Position numbers and translations under genes: made by a program
Source of the DNA: Burkholderiaceae bacterium
Lineage (GTDB): Bacteria; Pseudomonadota; Gammaproteobacteria; Burkholderiales; Burkholderiaceae_C
Reading direction: 5' to 3'
DNA length: 32,170 nt
NCBI GenBank assembly: GCA_036569025.1
Contig: DATCRO010000730.1
Coordinates: 1 to 32,170, forward strand
The notes under the pieces: model-generated
What the model was told of the DNA's origin: nothing
What the model saw: the letters and a program-made list of their open reading frames with translations, nothing else
Databases searched by the model: none
In this document: piece after piece, positions 10,010 to 18,514 of the stretch
How positions within the stretch are numbered: the stretch's first letter is position 1
Layout: the number at the start of each line of letters is the position of its first letter

Positions 10010-11765
10010 ACAGCATGCCTCCGCGTGACGTGGCCGCTGGCAGGTCCTTCATCGCCTCGACGAAGCCCAGGGCGGCCGTGCCGTCGCGCGTGTCCAGGTC
10101 GTTGGCCACGACCAGCCCCGCCCATCCGCCGACGCCGGCAAGCACGGCCACGTACTGGCGTCCGTCGCCGCCCGTGAAGGAGACTGGCTGGCCCACGATC
10201 CCGGAACTCGTCCTGAACTTCCACAGTTCCTTGCCGTCGCGGGCATCGACCGCCTTGAACCAGCCATCCATCGTGCCGTAGAACACGAGGTCGCCGGCCG
10301 TCGCGAGCGCGCCGCTCCAGACCGGGAAGGCCTCGGTGATCGACCAGGCCTTGCGGCGTGCGACCGGGTCCCAGGCGGTCAGCTCGCCCCGCCGCCTGCC
10401 CGGCGCCGCATGCATCTTGGACTCGGCGCCGAGATAGGGCGTGCCGCTGATGTGGCCCGCCTCGAACAGCGTCGTGTCCTCGCACAGGTTCTGGTGCGGC
10501 AGGTACAGAAGGCGCGTGCGCGGCGACCAGGCGCTGGGCTGCCAGTTCTTGGCGCCGGCGGATCCCGGGCAGATCTCGCGGACGACGTGGTCGAGAGCCG
10601 GCGTCTTGCCCGTGTCGTAGCGCAGCGTCCCCGTAGCCGGGTCGACGCCATGCGAGGTCGTGACGAGCGCATAGGGATCCGCGGACAGCACTTGGCCGGT
10701 CGCGCGATCCATCACGTAGACGTCGCCGTTGCGGTCCGGGTGCAGCAGCACCTGGCGCGTGCGGCCGCCGATCGGCAGGTCGACCAGCACGCTCTCGTTG
10801 CTGCCGTCGTAGCCGTGCAGGTCATGCGGGCTCGTCTGGTACGCCCAGACGGCCTCGCCCGAGTCGGGACGGCGCGCGAAGAGCGCACTCGTCCACTTGT
10901 TGTCCCCGGGACGCTGCAGCGGATTGCGCGGTGCCGGGCTGCCGGTGCCATGGAAGACGAGATCCAGCTGCGCGTCGTATGAGATCCATCCTCCGACGGC
11001 GCCTCCGCCGATCTTCCAGGCTTCCGGCGGCCAGGTGGTGACGCCCAGATCGGTGCCGCGATCGCCGGCGTAGTACGGCGCGAACTGGTGCCCGATCCGC
11101 ACATCGGCATCCGGGCCGGTGCTGTAGGCGCGCCAGCGCTCCGAGCCGGTCGCGACGTCGAGGGCGGCGATGAAGCCGCGCACGCCGAACTCCGAGCCGT
11201 CCTCGCCGACCAGGAGCTTGTCCTTGACGACGAGCGGGGCCATCGTCATCGACTGGCCGCTCGAGAGGTCACCGAGTCGCTTGCGCCAGATCTCGCGTCC
11301 CGTGCGAGCGTCCAGGGCCAGCACCTGGTTGTCGAGCGTGCAGAAAAAGAGGCGCCCGTCGGCATAGGCAGCCCCGCGGTTGACGACGTCGCAGCACGCG
11401 ACGCCCCGTGCGCGCGGATCCGCCTTGGGATCGAAGGTCCAGCGCAGGCCGTGATCGGGTCCGGACAGATCGAACGCGAGGACGCGATTCGGGAATGCCG
11501 TGACGACGAACATCATCCGGCCTGCGACGATCGGCGCGCCTTCCTCGCCCTTGTCGGTGCCGGTCGAGAAGTTCCAGGCGGGCTGCAGCTTCGCCGCGTT
11601 GCTCGCGTTGATCTCCGCGAGCGGGCTGAAGCGTGTGTTGGCGTCGTCGTGCGCCGGCATGGGCCAGTCGCCGGGCGGCGCGGCAAGCAGCGATGCCGAC
11701 GCGAGCGCGAGCGGCGCCGCGATCAGGCGTGGGGCGATGCGCGCGATCCGGAGGGAAGGAAACAC
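9990..11765 (-). CDS. PQQ-dependent dehydrogenase-like protein, methanol/ethanol family, with altered active site
   Basis: Signal peptide, vicinal CC (ACCDVVNRG), EFGVRG, RPGDNKW, DRNG, beta-propeller Trp motifs; several catalytic positions substituted (see findings). Confidence 0.92.
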   Translation of the reverse strand: MFPSLRIARIAPRLIAAPLALASASLLAAPPGDWPMPAHDDANTRFSPLAEINASNAAKLQPAWNFSTGTDKGEEGAPIVAGRMMFVVTAFPNRVLAFDLSGPDHGLRWTFDPKADPRARGVACCDVVNRGAAYADGRLFFCTLDNQVLALDARTGREIWRKRLGDLSSGQSMTMAPLVVKDKLLVGEDGSEFGVRGFIAALDVATGSERWRAYSTGPDADVRIGHQFAPYYAGDRGTDLGVTTWPPEAWKIGGGAVGGWISYDAQLDLVFHGTGSPAPRNPLQRPGDNKWTSALFARRPDSGEAVWAYQTSPHDLHGYDGSNESVLVDLPIGGRTRQVLLHPDRNGDVYVMDRATGQVLSADPYALVTTSHGVDPATGTLRYDTGKTPALDHVVREICPGSAGAKNWQPSAWSPRTRLLYLPHQNLCEDTTLFEAGHISGTPYLGAESKMHAAPGRRRGELTAWDPVARRKAWSITEAFPVWSGALATAGDLVFYGTMDGWFKAVDARDGKELWKFRTSSGIVGQPVSFTGGDGRQYVAVLAGVGGWAGLVVANDLDTRDGTAALGFVEAMKDLPAATSRGGMLYVFRLP

Positions 11766-11798
11766 CTGTCACCCGACAATGGCTGAGAGGAGTCGCCC

Positions 11799-11814
11799 AG
11801 CAAAGCTCGTGCCC
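11799..11814 (-). promoter_or_regulatory. Putative sigma-54 promoter of the PQQ-dehydrogenase/oxidase operon
   Basis: Minus strand GGGCAC-GAGCT-TTGCT (GG-N10-GC), 33 bp upstream of start codon. Confidence 0.7.
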
Positions 11815-12166
11815 CGCCGCATGCACGGTTTCCCTGATCCGAGCGTGGCGTCGCCTCGCCATCCAACTCGAGCACGCAGCCTGCGCACCGGTCTCAGGAT
11901 GATGGCCGTCCCGTCGCCTTCGACCTTCGGCCAGACCGCGCCGTGGATTCGGTCCGGCCCGCTGGCGGTGACGTGCGCGGTCTTGACGCAACGCGACCAT
12001 TCGCGTGGCGCTGGCCGTCCCGGACATCGACGCCCTTGGCCAGGACCAGGCGCGCTTCATCGAACGGCTCGCGACCACAAGGCCCGCCTGTCGCCGCAGT
12101 GGCTGCCCTCCAGGGCTCGATCCGGCGCATACTGGATTGCCCGCCCCCCGCGAGCCGGAGCCGCTG

Positions 12167-12391
12167 ATGTCTGATCTCGAATCGGCCCTGCAAGACGCTC
12201 ACCGCCACGTGTCCGATGGCTACAGGCTCGTGGGCGAACAGGTCGCGCGCCTGGCCCGCATGCCCCCGGACAGCGATGAGATGCAGAGCGCGCAGGCCTT
12301 GCTGGACACTATGAGGTCGACCTTGGCGATATTCGTCGCCGACCTGGACCGATTGGAAGCGAGGTGCGCAGAGGCACGTCGCAAACCCTGA
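12167..12391 (+). CDS. Small helical hypothetical protein (74 aa)
   Basis: GGAG before ATG 12167; amphipathic helices (LESALQDAHRHV...AQALLDTMRSTL). Confidence 0.6.
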   Translation: MSDLESALQDAHRHVSDGYRLVGEQVARLARMPPDSDEMQSAQALLDTMRSTLAIFVADLDRLEARCAEARRKP

Positions 12392-12581
12392 CAGGGGCCT
12401 GCGCGTGCGGGTCGCAGGCGGCTGACCCGGTCCAGTCCGGCGTGACCGCGCGCCGCCGTTCAACCAGACGGCGTTCCGCCCGCGCACGGTTCTTCGTCAG
12501 GAGCCGCAGACTCATGCAGCCGGCCCGTGCGGCTGGCGTAGGATCCGGCCATCGGACAAGGCGGCCCCGCAGCTTCGCGCA

Positions 12582-12596
12582 CGGCAGGCCGATTGC
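12582..12596 (+). promoter_or_regulatory. Putative sigma-54 promoter
   Basis: CGGCAG-GCCGA-TTGC, 26 bp upstream of ATG 12623. Confidence 0.5.
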
Positions 12597-12622
12597 CCAG
12601 CGGACGGCATTTCGCACTCTCC

Positions 12623-12916
12623 ATGGACGACGACGCTTACGCCCAGCGGTACCTCCAGTGCCTGCAGCGCCTTTACGCCGATGCGGCCGCCCACTGCGAG
12701 CGGCTCGAGAACGCCCGGTTGCTGACACGCGCCGGAGGCTGGCGCACGCAGGGCGCAGATGCGGCGTTGGCGGCGGGGTATCGGAGCCTGCAACTGCTCG
12801 CCAGGAACTGCGAGCGCGCGCGACAGCTCGTGAACGGCCCGACGTTGCCGGATGCCCTCTCGACGACACCGGACCTTGGCGAGCGCCGGGTTCGGGGGCC
12901 GCGGTCGATCGGATGA
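12623..12916 (+). CDS. Small hypothetical protein (97 aa)
   Basis: Protein-like helical composition (MDDDAYAQRYLQCLQRLY); downstream of sigma-54-like motif, 22 bp before the hydrolase. Confidence 0.5.
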   Translation: MDDDAYAQRYLQCLQRLYADAAAHCERLENARLLTRAGGWRTQGADAALAAGYRSLQLLARNCERARQLVNGPTLPDALSTTPDLGERRVRGPRSIG

Positions 12917-12938
12917 CCGGCCCATCGAAGGCGCCGCG

Positions 12939-13610
12939 GTGATCGACCTGAGCCAGCCCCTGCCCGACGGACCGATCCTGCTCGACGGACCGGTCGGAAC
13001 ACTCGAGGTCTTCGTCGATCGGCCCAGGGCCGCGCCCGCGGCGGTCGCGATCGTGCTGCACCCTCACCCGTCGCAAGGCGGCAGCGCCGAGCACAAGATT
13101 CCCGCCGCCCTGGCCAAGGCCCTGGCCGACATCGGATTCCTCGTCCTTCGACCCAACTTCAGGGGGGTGGGTCGATCCGAAGGCGAGCATGCGAGTGCCG
13201 CGGGCGAGGCAGACGACATCCGGCAACTGGCCGACGCCGTCGCCACGGCGTTCGCCTCGCTGGATCTGGCCTTGGTCGGCTTCTCGTTCGGCGCCTTCGT
13301 CGCCGCGAAGGTCGCCAAGCAGCTGGCCGAGGCCGGACGTCCGCTGCGTCGCGTGGTGCTCGCTGGACTCCCCTACGGCAAACTGCGTGGCAGCCAGGCC
13401 TACGATACCCCTTCCGGCATCCCGGGCGCGCTCGTCGTCCACGGCGAGCGCGACGACCGCGTGCCGCTGAGCTCGGTCCTGGACTGGGCTCGCCTGGACG
13501 GCCAGCCGGTGGTGGTGGTCCCGGGCACCGACCACTTCTTCAAGGGAAGACTGGTGGTCCTGCGATCGCTTGTCGCGGATCACCTCGCACCGCTAGCGGC
13601 GCGACGATAG
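12939..13610 (+). CDS. Alpha/beta hydrolase
   Basis: LHPHP, NFRGVGRSEG, nucleophile elbow GFSFG, HGERDDRVP, DHFF; GTG start at 12939. Confidence 0.92.
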   Translation: MIDLSQPLPDGPILLDGPVGTLEVFVDRPRAAPAAVAIVLHPHPSQGGSAEHKIPAALAKALADIGFLVLRPNFRGVGRSEGEHASAAGEADDIRQLADAVATAFASLDLALVGFSFGAFVAAKVAKQLAEAGRPLRRVVLAGLPYGKLRGSQAYDTPSGIPGALVVHGERDDRVPLSSVLDWARLDGQPVVVVPGTDHFFKGRLVVLRSLVADHLAPLAARR

Positions 13611-13731
13611 GTCGAGGGTCGCGAGGGCGCGCGGCGCCGCTCCGGCAGCTTGGGCAGACCTCAGTGAGTGCCGGAGCGCCCGGTCTTGGTCGCCCGCCGG
13701 ATCGAATGACCGATGCGGTACTCGTGTCCGC

Positions 13732-13747
13732 TTGGCCATGCAATTGC
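13732..13747 (+). promoter_or_regulatory. Putative sigma-54 promoter upstream of protease unit
   Basis: TTGGCCA-TGCAA-TTGC, GG-N10-GC; ~195 bp upstream of ATG 13943. Confidence 0.45.
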
Positions 13748-13942
13748 GCGTCGATCTCGAGGCGCTGGCGGCGGCTTGCCTCCAGTTCCACGGCTGCGGC
13801 GCCGACCCGTTGCATTCGACCAGGCGCGCGGTCGCGGGCTCCCTAGTGCGGCAATAGGGGCTTGGCCGCGCGAGCGCGCTGCCTAGACTCGGTCGCGACG
13901 CCTGCAGGCATCGCGGGCATCGCAACGGGAAAGGAACTCGCC

Positions 13943-16336
13943 ATGGAGATCCGCATCGGCAGCGCCGACTTCAGTGCCCCCTTGCGCGGAAGCGGCCCGC
14001 GCACCGCGTCGCAGGCCGTCATCTTCCCGCGCGCGGTGAACCAGGCGGCGGTCGGCCTCATCGGCTATTCGGCCGCCTTCGGCGACAACGACGACCACAA
14101 CATCGGCAAGCTGCAGATCAAGGTCGACGCCACCGTCACGTCCAACGTCGTCAACGTCACCGCCACGCTGGGCCTTCGCGACTGGTCCGGCGACTGGGAC
14201 GACGACTACCAGGGCACCGTGGAGTTCGCGGTGCTGGCCGACCTCGTCTCGGCCACCGCGCCGCCGCCGCGCGGCGACATGGTCATCGTCGACATGGAGG
14301 CCAACCAGGCCGTGCAGTTCTTCCGCGCGGCGCGCTTCCTCGACGCCTCCAACGTCCTGCCGGACAACGCCATCGCGCTCGTCGAGAGCAAGGCGACGGG
14401 CTTCCGGATGTACGTCGACTACGACGCCTTCTCCGGCCTGCCGCCGGTGAGCCACCTCACGGGCCAGATGACGGTGCGCACCGGCAGCACGACGCTCACG
14501 CTGGATCCGATCAACTCGGGCGGCGCCATCGTGCCGCTGGCCGACTCCGCGATCAACCAGGCGGTGGCCGACAACACGCTCAACTTCATGCTCGAAGGCG
14601 CGTGGTGCGTGGGGACGGTCACCGTCACGGTGCAGGTCTGGGACGCCGCCGACGCCTCGACGAAGTCGGCCCCGTTCACGCGCACGCTCACGTTCGTGCC
14701 GGTGGCGCCGCTGGACATCTTCCTGGTGGGCGTGCACTACACCGCGCAAGGGCTGGACCTCACCGCGCCGACGCAGTCCGACATCGTCACCAATGCGCTC
14801 ACGCAGCTGCGCGCCACGTATCCGGTGGGCGAGGTCAGCGTCAACGGCTATTCGACGCTGGACTTCGGCGAGAACGTCAACTTCACAATCGGCACGCAGG
14901 GCGGCTGCGGCGACGGCATGAACGACCTGCTGGACAAGCTCTCGGACATGCAGGGCGGATCGAGCGACGTCTATGCCGGCTTCCTGCCCGACCTGTCGCT
15001 GATCCAGACGCCGGGCAGCAACATCGGCGGCTGCGGCACGGTGAGCCAGGCCGCGATCTTCCTGGACCAGGTGGGCGACGTGCCGCACGAGGTCGGCCAC
15101 GCGCTCGGGCGCCAGCACGCGCCCTGCAATTCCGGCCGCTGCAACCCGCCGCCGGCCAACGTCGACGACCACTACCCGCAGTACGGCGCGTTCCCCGCCG
15201 GCAGCATCGGCGTGTTCGGCTTCGACCCGACCACCAACACCGTGTTCGACCCCGCGTCGACGGCCGACTTCATGGCCTACTGGGGCCCGCAATGGGTCAG
15301 CGCCTACACCTACATGGCCCTGGGCGGCGCCTTCCCGGCGCAGAACGGCGGGCCGGGCGCCGGCCTGGCCAGCGGCCACGCGCTGGGCAACGTGCCGGTC
15401 GAGACGCTGATGCTGCGCCTCGTCGTCACGCGCGAGCGCCAGGTGCGGCGCCTGCCGTCGTTCCACTTCCTGTCGCTGCCCAGGTCGTTCGGCAACGGCT
15501 GCAGCGAGTTCACGGTCGAACTGCTCGACGCGTGCCGCCGCACGCTCGTCTGCGCGCCGCTCGACTGCGGCTGCCAGCGGGCCGGCTGCCACTGCTGGCC
15601 GCGCACGATGCGCGGTGCGGTGCCCTACCCGGCGTCCGCACGCTGGCTGCTGGTCTACGAGAACGACCGCAAGATCCACGAGGAATGCATCCCGGCGCGT
15701 CCGCCGCAGGTCAGGTTCGGCGAGTCGAAGCCCGGCGAGCGCGGCATGCAGCTGTCGTGGGAGCCGGTGGCGCTGGAGACGCTGGCCACCGACTGCTGCG
15801 AACCGTGCTGCGACGCCCTCACCTACCTCGTGCACTGGTACGACGAGGAGGACGGCATCTGGCGCGGCATCGCGCCGCGCGGCACGGCCCGCACGGCGCT
15901 CGTCCCGGCGACGCTCTACCGCCGCGCCGACCTGCGCGTGCGGGTGCTCGCCTCGTGTGGCGTCGCCACCGGGCATGCCGAGACGACCATCCCGCGCGGC
16001 GGCAAGCCGGGCGGCGGCGAAGGCGGCGACTGCCCGCCCGACCGGCGCCGCGGCGCCGGCACGGCGTCGCTGTACCTCGAAGGCTACGACGCCAAGGCGC
16101 GCGGCCCCAAGCCCGGCACGCAGGTGCTGCGCGCCACCGCGATCGGTGAACTGGGCAAGTCGGTCGAGGTCACGCGCGTGCGCTGGTACGGCGAGCGCGG
16201 CGAGGAGCTCGCGGTCGGCCCGCAGCTCGACCTGCGCCGCCTGCCGCGCGACACGCAGACCATCCGCGTCACCATGCGCACCGCCGACGGCGACTGGCTG
16301 CACCAGTCCTGGCCGCTCGATCGCGCACGCCGCTGA
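13943..16336 (+). CDS. Multidomain zinc metalloprotease (metzincin, M66-like) with N-terminal beta domain and Cys-rich C-terminal region
   Basis: AAGGA RBS, ATG 13943, 797 aa; HEVGHALGRQH (15086-15118), SIGVFGFD, Met-turn-like DFMAY, WVSAYTY; no signal peptide seen. Confidence 0.85.
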   Translation: MEIRIGSADFSAPLRGSGPRTASQAVIFPRAVNQAAVGLIGYSAAFGDNDDHNIGKLQIKVDATVTSNVVNVTATLGLRDWSGDWDDDYQGTVEFAVLADLVSATAPPPRGDMVIVDMEANQAVQFFRAARFLDASNVLPDNAIALVESKATGFRMYVDYDAFSGLPPVSHLTGQMTVRTGSTTLTLDPINSGGAIVPLADSAINQAVADNTLNFMLEGAWCVGTVTVTVQVWDAADASTKSAPFTRTLTFVPVAPLDIFLVGVHYTAQGLDLTAPTQSDIVTNALTQLRATYPVGEVSVNGYSTLDFGENVNFTIGTQGGCGDGMNDLLDKLSDMQGGSSDVYAGFLPDLSLIQTPGSNIGGCGTVSQAAIFLDQVGDVPHEVGHALGRQHAPCNSGRCNPPPANVDDHYPQYGAFPAGSIGVFGFDPTTNTVFDPASTADFMAYWGPQWVSAYTYMALGGAFPAQNGGPGAGLASGHALGNVPVETLMLRLVVTRERQVRRLPSFHFLSLPRSFGNGCSEFTVELLDACRRTLVCAPLDCGCQRAGCHCWPRTMRGAVPYPASARWLLVYENDRKIHEECIPARPPQVRFGESKPGERGMQLSWEPVALETLATDCCEPCCDALTYLVHWYDEEDGIWRGIAPRGTARTALVPATLYRRADLRVRVLASCGVATGHAETTIPRGGKPGGGEGGDCPPDRRRGAGTASLYLEGYDAKARGPKPGTQVLRATAIGELGKSVEVTRVRWYGERGEELAVGPQLDLRRLPRDTQTIRVTMRTADGDWLHQSWPLDRARR

Positions 16337-16357
16337 ACACCTGGAAGGAGACGAGAC

Positions 16358-16666
16358 ATGCAGATCATCAACGGATCGGTCACGTTCGGCCAGCACTCGG
16401 GCTCCGGCCCGCAGGTGCAGACGACCACGGTGACCATGGGTGCGCCCGTCAGCCAGGCCGCGGCCTTCCTGAGCGGCTTCAACGTCGAGTTCTCGCACGG
16501 GGACGACCACAACTTCGGGCTGCTGGACGTGCAGGTGCAGGTCCCCTCGGGCGGCATCAGCGGCGCGGCCGTGCAGGTGCAGGTGAGCTACGGCCTGCGC
16601 GACTGGTCGGGCGACTGGGACGACGACTACGACGGGCAGATCTTCTTCACCGTGGTGGGCGAGTAG
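16358..16666 (+). CDS. 102-aa beta-rich protein, free-standing paralogue of the protease N-terminal domain
   Basis: AAGGAG RBS; ~40% identity by manual alignment to protease residues 1-100, sharing GSGP, QAA, DDHN and GLRDWSGDWDDDY. Confidence 0.9.
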   Translation: MQIINGSVTFGQHSGSGPQVQTTTVTMGAPVSQAAAFLSGFNVEFSHGDDHNFGLLDVQVQVPSGGISGAAVQVQVSYGLRDWSGDWDDDYDGQIFFTVVGE

Positions 16667-16676
16667 GCGGCGCCGC

Positions 16677-17759
16677 TCACGTCCCGCGTCGTCGCATTCG
16701 AAGCGACACGATGACGGCGACGATGGCGACAAGCGCGACGCCGGCCGCCACGAGGGTGTCGGAAGGCGACCTCGCTTCCGCGGTCGCACCCGCCGTCGAT
16801 GACGGCGCGGCGCCGTCCGAGGCGAATGGACTGAAGCCGCCCTGGCCCGGGTCGGACGGCGCGGACGCCGCGGCGCGTTCCGCCGCAAGGCCTGCCGGGT
16901 CGAGCGTCGCCCGCAGGCCCGCCAGCGTGGGAGCGTTGCCGGTGCCGAATGCCCAGTGCATGCCGCTCCACGCGACCCGCATGTCCTCGCCGTCGCGCCC
17001 CGGGTCGAGTGCCTGTTGCTCGACGAGCTTGGGCGTCGGCATGGCGAGCGACCAGATCTCCGCGGCCGGGTGGTCGCCGCGTGCGACCACGCAGGCGGCC
17101 ACGGCGCCGCCGTCGCCGACCGCCAGGCTGGTCGCCGTCAGGTCTTGCGCGGCGTCCGTTCGCTGCCAGGTTCCTCGCGTGCCGAATGACAGGTCCAGCG
17201 AGCCGTCCGCCGCGAGGTGGAACACGACCGCCCGGGTCGGCTCGACGTTGGCTGCGACGCCAGCCACGAGCAGCGATCCGTCCGCGAGGGGCAGCAGATC
17301 GTTCGGCTTGATCGCCAACCCGCCAGGCACGACCTGCGCCTTGCCCTGCACGCCCCAACGCAGGTCGGGTGCGCCATCGGGCAGGTAACGCAGGATCACC
17401 ACTTGCGGCTGGCCGCCGGCGATGCTGGCGCCGCTGGCCCAGATTCGCCCGCCGTCGTCGACGCGAAGGGCGGTGGGCGCGTCGTCCGTGGCGCTGATCG
17501 TGAGCGGCCGGCGACCGCCATGACCGAAGTTCGGATCGAGCCGGCCGTCGGCGTCCAGATGCTCGAGCACGTAGCCCTGGGCGCCGTCCGCCGGATCGCT
17601 GACCGCGCGCCATTGATCGCCTGCGGCGTCGCGCACCGTCAACGACCCGCAATGCGCCGGATCCGGCGCCAGCAGCGCGAAGGCATACGCCGCCGCGACA
17701 GATGCGAATCGCACCGCGTGGCGCAACTTCGCGACGGTCATCGCCTGCGGCCAGGACAT
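16677..17759 (-). CDS. Exported delta-60 (DUF5122-like) repeat protein with C-terminal membrane anchor
   Basis: Signal-like leader; repeats LDADGRLDPNFG, YLPDGAPDLRWG, LAADGSLDLSFG; C-terminal TM plus RMRRR; start 17759 or 17741. Confidence 0.75.
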   Translation of the reverse strand: MSWPQAMTVAKLRHAVRFASVAAAYAFALLAPDPAHCGSLTVRDAAGDQWRAVSDPADGAQGYVLEHLDADGRLDPNFGHGGRRPLTISATDDAPTALRVDDGGRIWASGASIAGGQPQVVILRYLPDGAPDLRWGVQGKAQVVPGGLAIKPNDLLPLADGSLLVAGVAANVEPTRAVVFHLAADGSLDLSFGTRGTWQRTDAAQDLTATSLAVGDGGAVAACVVARGDHPAAEIWSLAMPTPKLVEQQALDPGRDGEDMRVAWSGMHWAFGTGNAPTLAGLRATLDPAGLAAERAAASAPSDPGQGGFSPFASDGAAPSSTAGATAEARSPSDTLVAAGVALVAIVAVIVSLRMRRRGT

Positions 17760-17764
17760 GCGAC

Positions 17765-18514
17765 TCAACGCGCGGCCGTCGCGTGCGGCGCGGCCTCGCG
17801 GAGTCGCGATTCGACGGCGTCGGCCGTGAGGATGCCCTTCTTGCGCGAGCCGTCGCCGAAGAACAGCGACGGCGTGACCGAGATGCGTTGCTGGCTCGCG
17901 AAGGCAACGTTGCGTTCGAGCGGCGCGACGTCGCACTTCATCGCGCGCATCGGCTCCACGCGCCGCAGCATCCAGTCGCGCCACGCCCTGGCCGGATCGC
18001 CGGCGCACCAGATGTCGCGCGCCCGCGTCTTGGACTCCGGCCCGAGGATCGGGATCATGAAGGCGTAGATGGTCACGTCACGGACGTTGACCAGGTCGCG
18101 CTCGAAGGACTTGCAGTATTCGCAGTACGGGTCGACGAACATGGCCATGCGGCGAGCGCCGTTGCCTTGCCGGATCACGATCGCGTCCTTCAGCGGCAGC
18201 TTGTCGAAGTCGGTGACCATGAAGGCCTGGCTGCGCGCTTCGGTCAGGTTCTGACGCGAGTGCGTCTCGACAAGCGACCCGTTGACGAACACGTAGTCCC
18301 CGTTCTCGCTGGCGTACAGGATCTCCGTGCCGTTGTAGCGCACCTCGTAGAGCCCCTGGACGGGCGACTTGGTGATCTCGTCGATCCGCGGCAGGTCCGG
18401 CAAGCGCTCCGAGAGGGCACGTCGGATGGCCGCATCGTCGGCGAACGCACCGCAGGTCGCCAGCCCGAGCGCCACCGCCGCGAAATGGAACGAAAGAGTT
18501 CGAGCAATGGACAT
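17765..18514 (-). CDS. dsbC: DsbC-family thiol:disulfide isomerase
   Basis: GGAGG RBS, signal peptide, SPVQGLYEV dimerisation region, DPYCEYCK active site, second Cys pair (IWCA...MKCD), VTP cis-Pro loop. Confidence 0.92.
   Translation of the reverse strand: MSIARTLSFHFAAVALGLATCGAFADDAAIRRALSERLPDLPRIDEITKSPVQGLYEVRYNGTEILYASENGDYVFVNGSLVETHSRQNLTEARSQAFMVTDFDKLPLKDAIVIRQGNGARRMAMFVDPYCEYCKSFERDLVNVRDVTIYAFMIPILGPESKTRARDIWCAGDPARAWRDWMLRRVEPMRAMKCDVAPLERNVAFASQQRISVTPSLFFGDGSRKKGILTADAVESRLREAAPHATAAR

Noticed and set aside
9990-11765. Calling the gene xoxF or mxaF
   Set aside because: Catalytic and PQQ-stacking residues are altered and no xoxJ/mxaI-type partners are present.
12124-12140. 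Possible sigma-54 site before ORF 12167
   Set aside because: GG to GC spacing is 13, not 10.
13883-16888. 1001-aa minus-strand ORF
   Set aside because: Antisense shadow of the protease pair; expected in high-GC DNA, no motifs.
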